Positions 60,801-64,000 of a DNA stretch of 64,000 nucleotides are shown in pieces. This DNA comes from Ministeria vibrans ATCC 50519. Its lineage: Eukaryota; Protista; Filasterea. The position numbers and the translations under genes were made by a program. Within the stretch, counting starts at the first letter, position 1. Each line of letters starts with the position of its first letter. The stretch covers positions 79,733 to 143,732 of the forward strand of contig CALSCP010002781.1 of the NCBI GenBank assembly GCA_943704425.1, in the 5' to 3' direction. Under the pieces are notes generated by a model. The model was given only the letters and a program-made list of their open reading frames with translations, did no database searches and had not been told where the DNA came from.

Positions 60801-63800
60801 TGCTTCTTCTCTCCCAAAGACACAGCAGGCGTCGCCGCCATTTGACACTGGTCCACATCGTAATGAATGTCCAGACTGCGTGTCAGCTGAACCGAAACCG
60901 AGGGTACCAGAAACATGTCCGAGGGTCGACCGGGCATTCCTGGTTCGCCACTTGTCTCCCCCGAAAAGCTGAAGGAAAGCTCCTTGCTCTCATCCCAGTT
61001 CTTTGAGGGCTCGGCCGTGGTTCGATCAAACCCATAGCCTAACGATGTGCCCTTCAGTGGGGTACGCTTCGATATATCGTTGTCTGATTCATCTCGATCT
61101 CGTCGCTCAACTCGGTGCACTTCAAAGTCATTCTCACTGTCACGACGACGCCCACCAGACGCTGCAGTCACAAAGTGTGTCGCCAAAGTACACACCGCAG
61201 CACCCAGCCCGGCACACAACGACACCTCCATGTCACTTGTTGCCGCAACATCGCCCTGAACACCCATCCCACCACCAACAGAGAAGGACGCACCCGTCAC
61301 ATACGCAGCAGACTTGCCCGCCACAACACTCGCCTGGCTACTCCCTCCCGGCGGATCCCGCAAAATCGTCAACGGAAGATACTCAGGAAACGACAGCGAA
61401 AAGAAGGCACTCAACTCCACCAGACCAATAATCGCCACATCCAGCTCAATCTGATTTACACCCGCCAAGGTCTCCCATCCTGCCACATTTAGTGTTGCAA
61501 AGAACGGTCGCGTGTGGGGAGTCTCCGGCGACATCACAGCCGCATTCACTTCCGGCTTCGCATCCACCGCTCTCACTACAATCTTCGGTGCGTCCATGTA
61601 GTCATCGGGCTGCGGACTCCCACGCACCGTCTTCGCAATCGACAGTCGCGCAACGCAGCCTGGTGCACGCGAGCACAACTTCACATCCGCGAATGGAGCA
61701 TCTTGCTGTGACGCAGCCGACGCCTGGCTCGCAGGTGTCGCTCCCGACGTGTCCCGGTCGTGAAATGCCACAGTCTCCGTCGTGCCCACCTCATTCACAA
61801 TGTTCACTTTTCCGTCGACAAACGCACACGTCACTCCTCCGCCATACGACTCCGTCGCCGTCACTGTGAACGTTGCCGTCGTTTCCTTCGCCACAACCTT
61901 ATTGCTATTCTTGTCCACAGCTCCAATCAACGTCGGCATCACTTTGTTCTTGCACTGCGCCCCATACGTCGTCGTAGTGCTGTTTTCCGCATACTTTCGA
62001 GAGGCAGGCACCTGCTCCGCAATCGCCACCTTCAGTGTAGGTCGCGGATGGAACTCAAACCGAAGCTCGCGCTTCGCGTCTGCTTGTGCTGCCTTGTTTG
62101 CCGCCGTTGCAATCTTCCTTGTCGTCGACGCATCCTTCACAACAGATCCGCCTCCTGCCGTCGTCTGCGACGCAATCCCACACATTGTTGCCTTAAAATC
62201 AAGTGCAGTCGCATCAGATTTGCCACCACCTTGCCCATCACTCGCAAGCGACTTCTCCCAGTCCTTCTCATCGAATGTCCGCAGCTCCACATTGTTCCGC
62301 ACTCGCGATTGCACTCGCTTCAGGTACGGCGCAACCTCTGGTCTCTCGTACACCTTGTCTAGCTTCACATCGACCAGTGTCGCCGGCACCACAAACTGGT
62401 ACACGACATCTTCCGACCGTCTCGCAGTGTGTATCAGCGACAACCTTGGGTCTGGCGAATCACACGCAAACCGCGGCAGCACATGCAACTCGCTCGTGCC
62501 CAGACCCACATTGCACTGGGGTGGCCCTCCAGCCACCGTGATCGTCAGAGTGTTCGTCGTCCGGTCAATAAAGTTCACTCCAAGCAGTCCCACTTCGCCC
62601 ACAACAAAGTACTTCGAGTCCACCGTCGCCGGTGACGAACACTTCGGGAACCGCCCAGTCTTCAGCTTGCTGTGGTGCGCGATCTCAAACTGGTGCTGCC
62701 CAAACCGTACTTGCAAGAACACTGCCTGATCAATAGGCACATGCAACATGTACTCCCCGCGCGCATTCGTCGGCTCACACCCCACCATCGCACTCGTGTA
62801 CCAGTTGTATGCACACACAAGCGCCTTTGGTACCGCACACTGCGTCTCCACAGGCACCGGAGGTGCAAATGCTTGTCGCCAGCACACTCGTGGCACCTTG
62901 TCACGCCCCTCCAAGAAACGTCGACTGCACGCTGACACCATGCCCGTGTAGTGAACCACATTGAACGTGCCCACTCCGTTGTCCGTCCACAACGAACACA
63001 CAGACTTCAAGCTGGCCTTTTTCATTGACCACCATGAACACGACGGGTGGGCCTCACACGCAGAGCCACACGACACAATCGATTGACTTGTGGCTAGCGT
63101 TTGCAGCCGGACTGCTCCACGCGATGGCTCGTATGCCGTGTGAAAGTGCAAAAAGTACTTCTCGCATGCACTGCCCGTCCGTCCCGTAGGGCACTGCCGT
63201 GTCTGCTTCGCACCACTCACACCAGATGTCGATGTGCCTCCCAGACCATCGTCAAACAACACCTTCGTCGCCATTCGGAACATGTGGCACACCCTGCCTC
63301 GATGAGACCACGCTCCGCACGCCTCCGTTGCCTTGCACTCCAGATTGCACGCCTGCCCACTCAACGCGAGTTGGCGTCTCAGCAGCGTCGATGACACTAC
63401 AGACGCCTGCTTGTACTCGTGTTCTCCTAGCGACGCACTCATTCCTTCGCACCATGCCTGCCGCATCCTGTACTCTGTGGCACTCAATGCGACCGCTTGA
63501 TGCGCCAGCCACACTGAACTGCATCCCGATTGTGCTGCAGAGTGAGCTAAAACTGACACACCATTGAAACGAGCAGGCGCCTGCCAGGCACTTGGCTCGT
63601 CGGAAAAGTGGAAACACGACTCTTCCATCCCACTTCCAGGATCCGCAAGGAATGTCCACCCCATGCACCCTGCCGCGCCCGCCTTGTCACACCGGCTTGA
63701 ACACTCCTCTGCAGTCTCCACTCCCTTCAGTACAACACTTCTACCCCGACGCCAGAACAGCCCACGACGCAGAAGCGACACACTGCATTGCGGTCCACCA

Positions 63801-64000
63801 GATCCAAATGTGCACGGCTTGCGTCGGCACGAGGCTGCTACACTGCGCTGACTGCATGTAGCCACATGCACTCCCGCTGCGCACAAACCATCCGTCAGTG
63901 TGCCACTCCCGCTCGGGTCAAAGCATCCCTGCGTTTTGGATATCACAATCGCACCGCTCGCCCAGGCGATCACCTTGCTCGCCTTTTTAGTGGCCGCCGT
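57886..64000 (-). CDS. Giant (>2000 aa, 5'-incomplete) type-I membrane protein: 3 PAN/Apple-like modules, an 'ILRDPPG' core, Ig-like domains, C-terminal TM helix; one intron 59592-59529
   Basis: The 1465-aa and 589-aa ORFs join in frame through a phase-1 GT-AG intron. PAN patterns (ECSSRC...CMGWTF...CFHF; ACNLEC...CGAWSH...CHMF; SCGSAC...CSWWSM...CSLW); TM FAVGIVAVVVVGLLIVIHL followed by RR. Confidence 0.8.

Overview
Gene-dense, intron-rich eukaryotic nuclear DNA: about 20 protein-coding genes, short GT-AG introns, AT-rich microsatellite-filled introns, and many head-to-head pairs 165-380 bp apart. Tryptophan biosynthesis (TrpD) sits alongside animal-type genes (adhesion GPCR, novel PKC, CASTOR, ANKRD26, TGFBRAP1), which points to a non-animal holozoan, probably choanoflagellate-like (inference). 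Genes in order: HPP transporter, TrpD, RasGEF, ANKRD26-like, giant adhesion GPCR, DUF3431, LIG4, RTEL1, nPKC, CASTOR, RAD23, CPT1-like carnitine acyltransferase, TTC38, SYCP2-like, CNTD1/COSA-1-like, a basic hypothetical protein, a secreted GH43-like propeller, XAB2 (3'-truncated), VPS18 (5'-truncated), TGFBRAP1/Vps3, and a giant PAN-domain membrane protein that runs off the right edge. The top finding is missed by the ORF track because its exons are tiny: manual splicing gives a head-to-head pair of animal-type meiosis genes (axis protein SYCP2 and crossover cyclin CNTD1/COSA-1) with start codons 256 bp apart. Other functionally matched neighbours are LIG4/RTEL1 and VPS18/Vps3. A probable assembly collapse lies at the (CA)n tract near 51.5 kb. 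Gene models were spliced by eye and family calls rest on recalled motifs; no database search was run.
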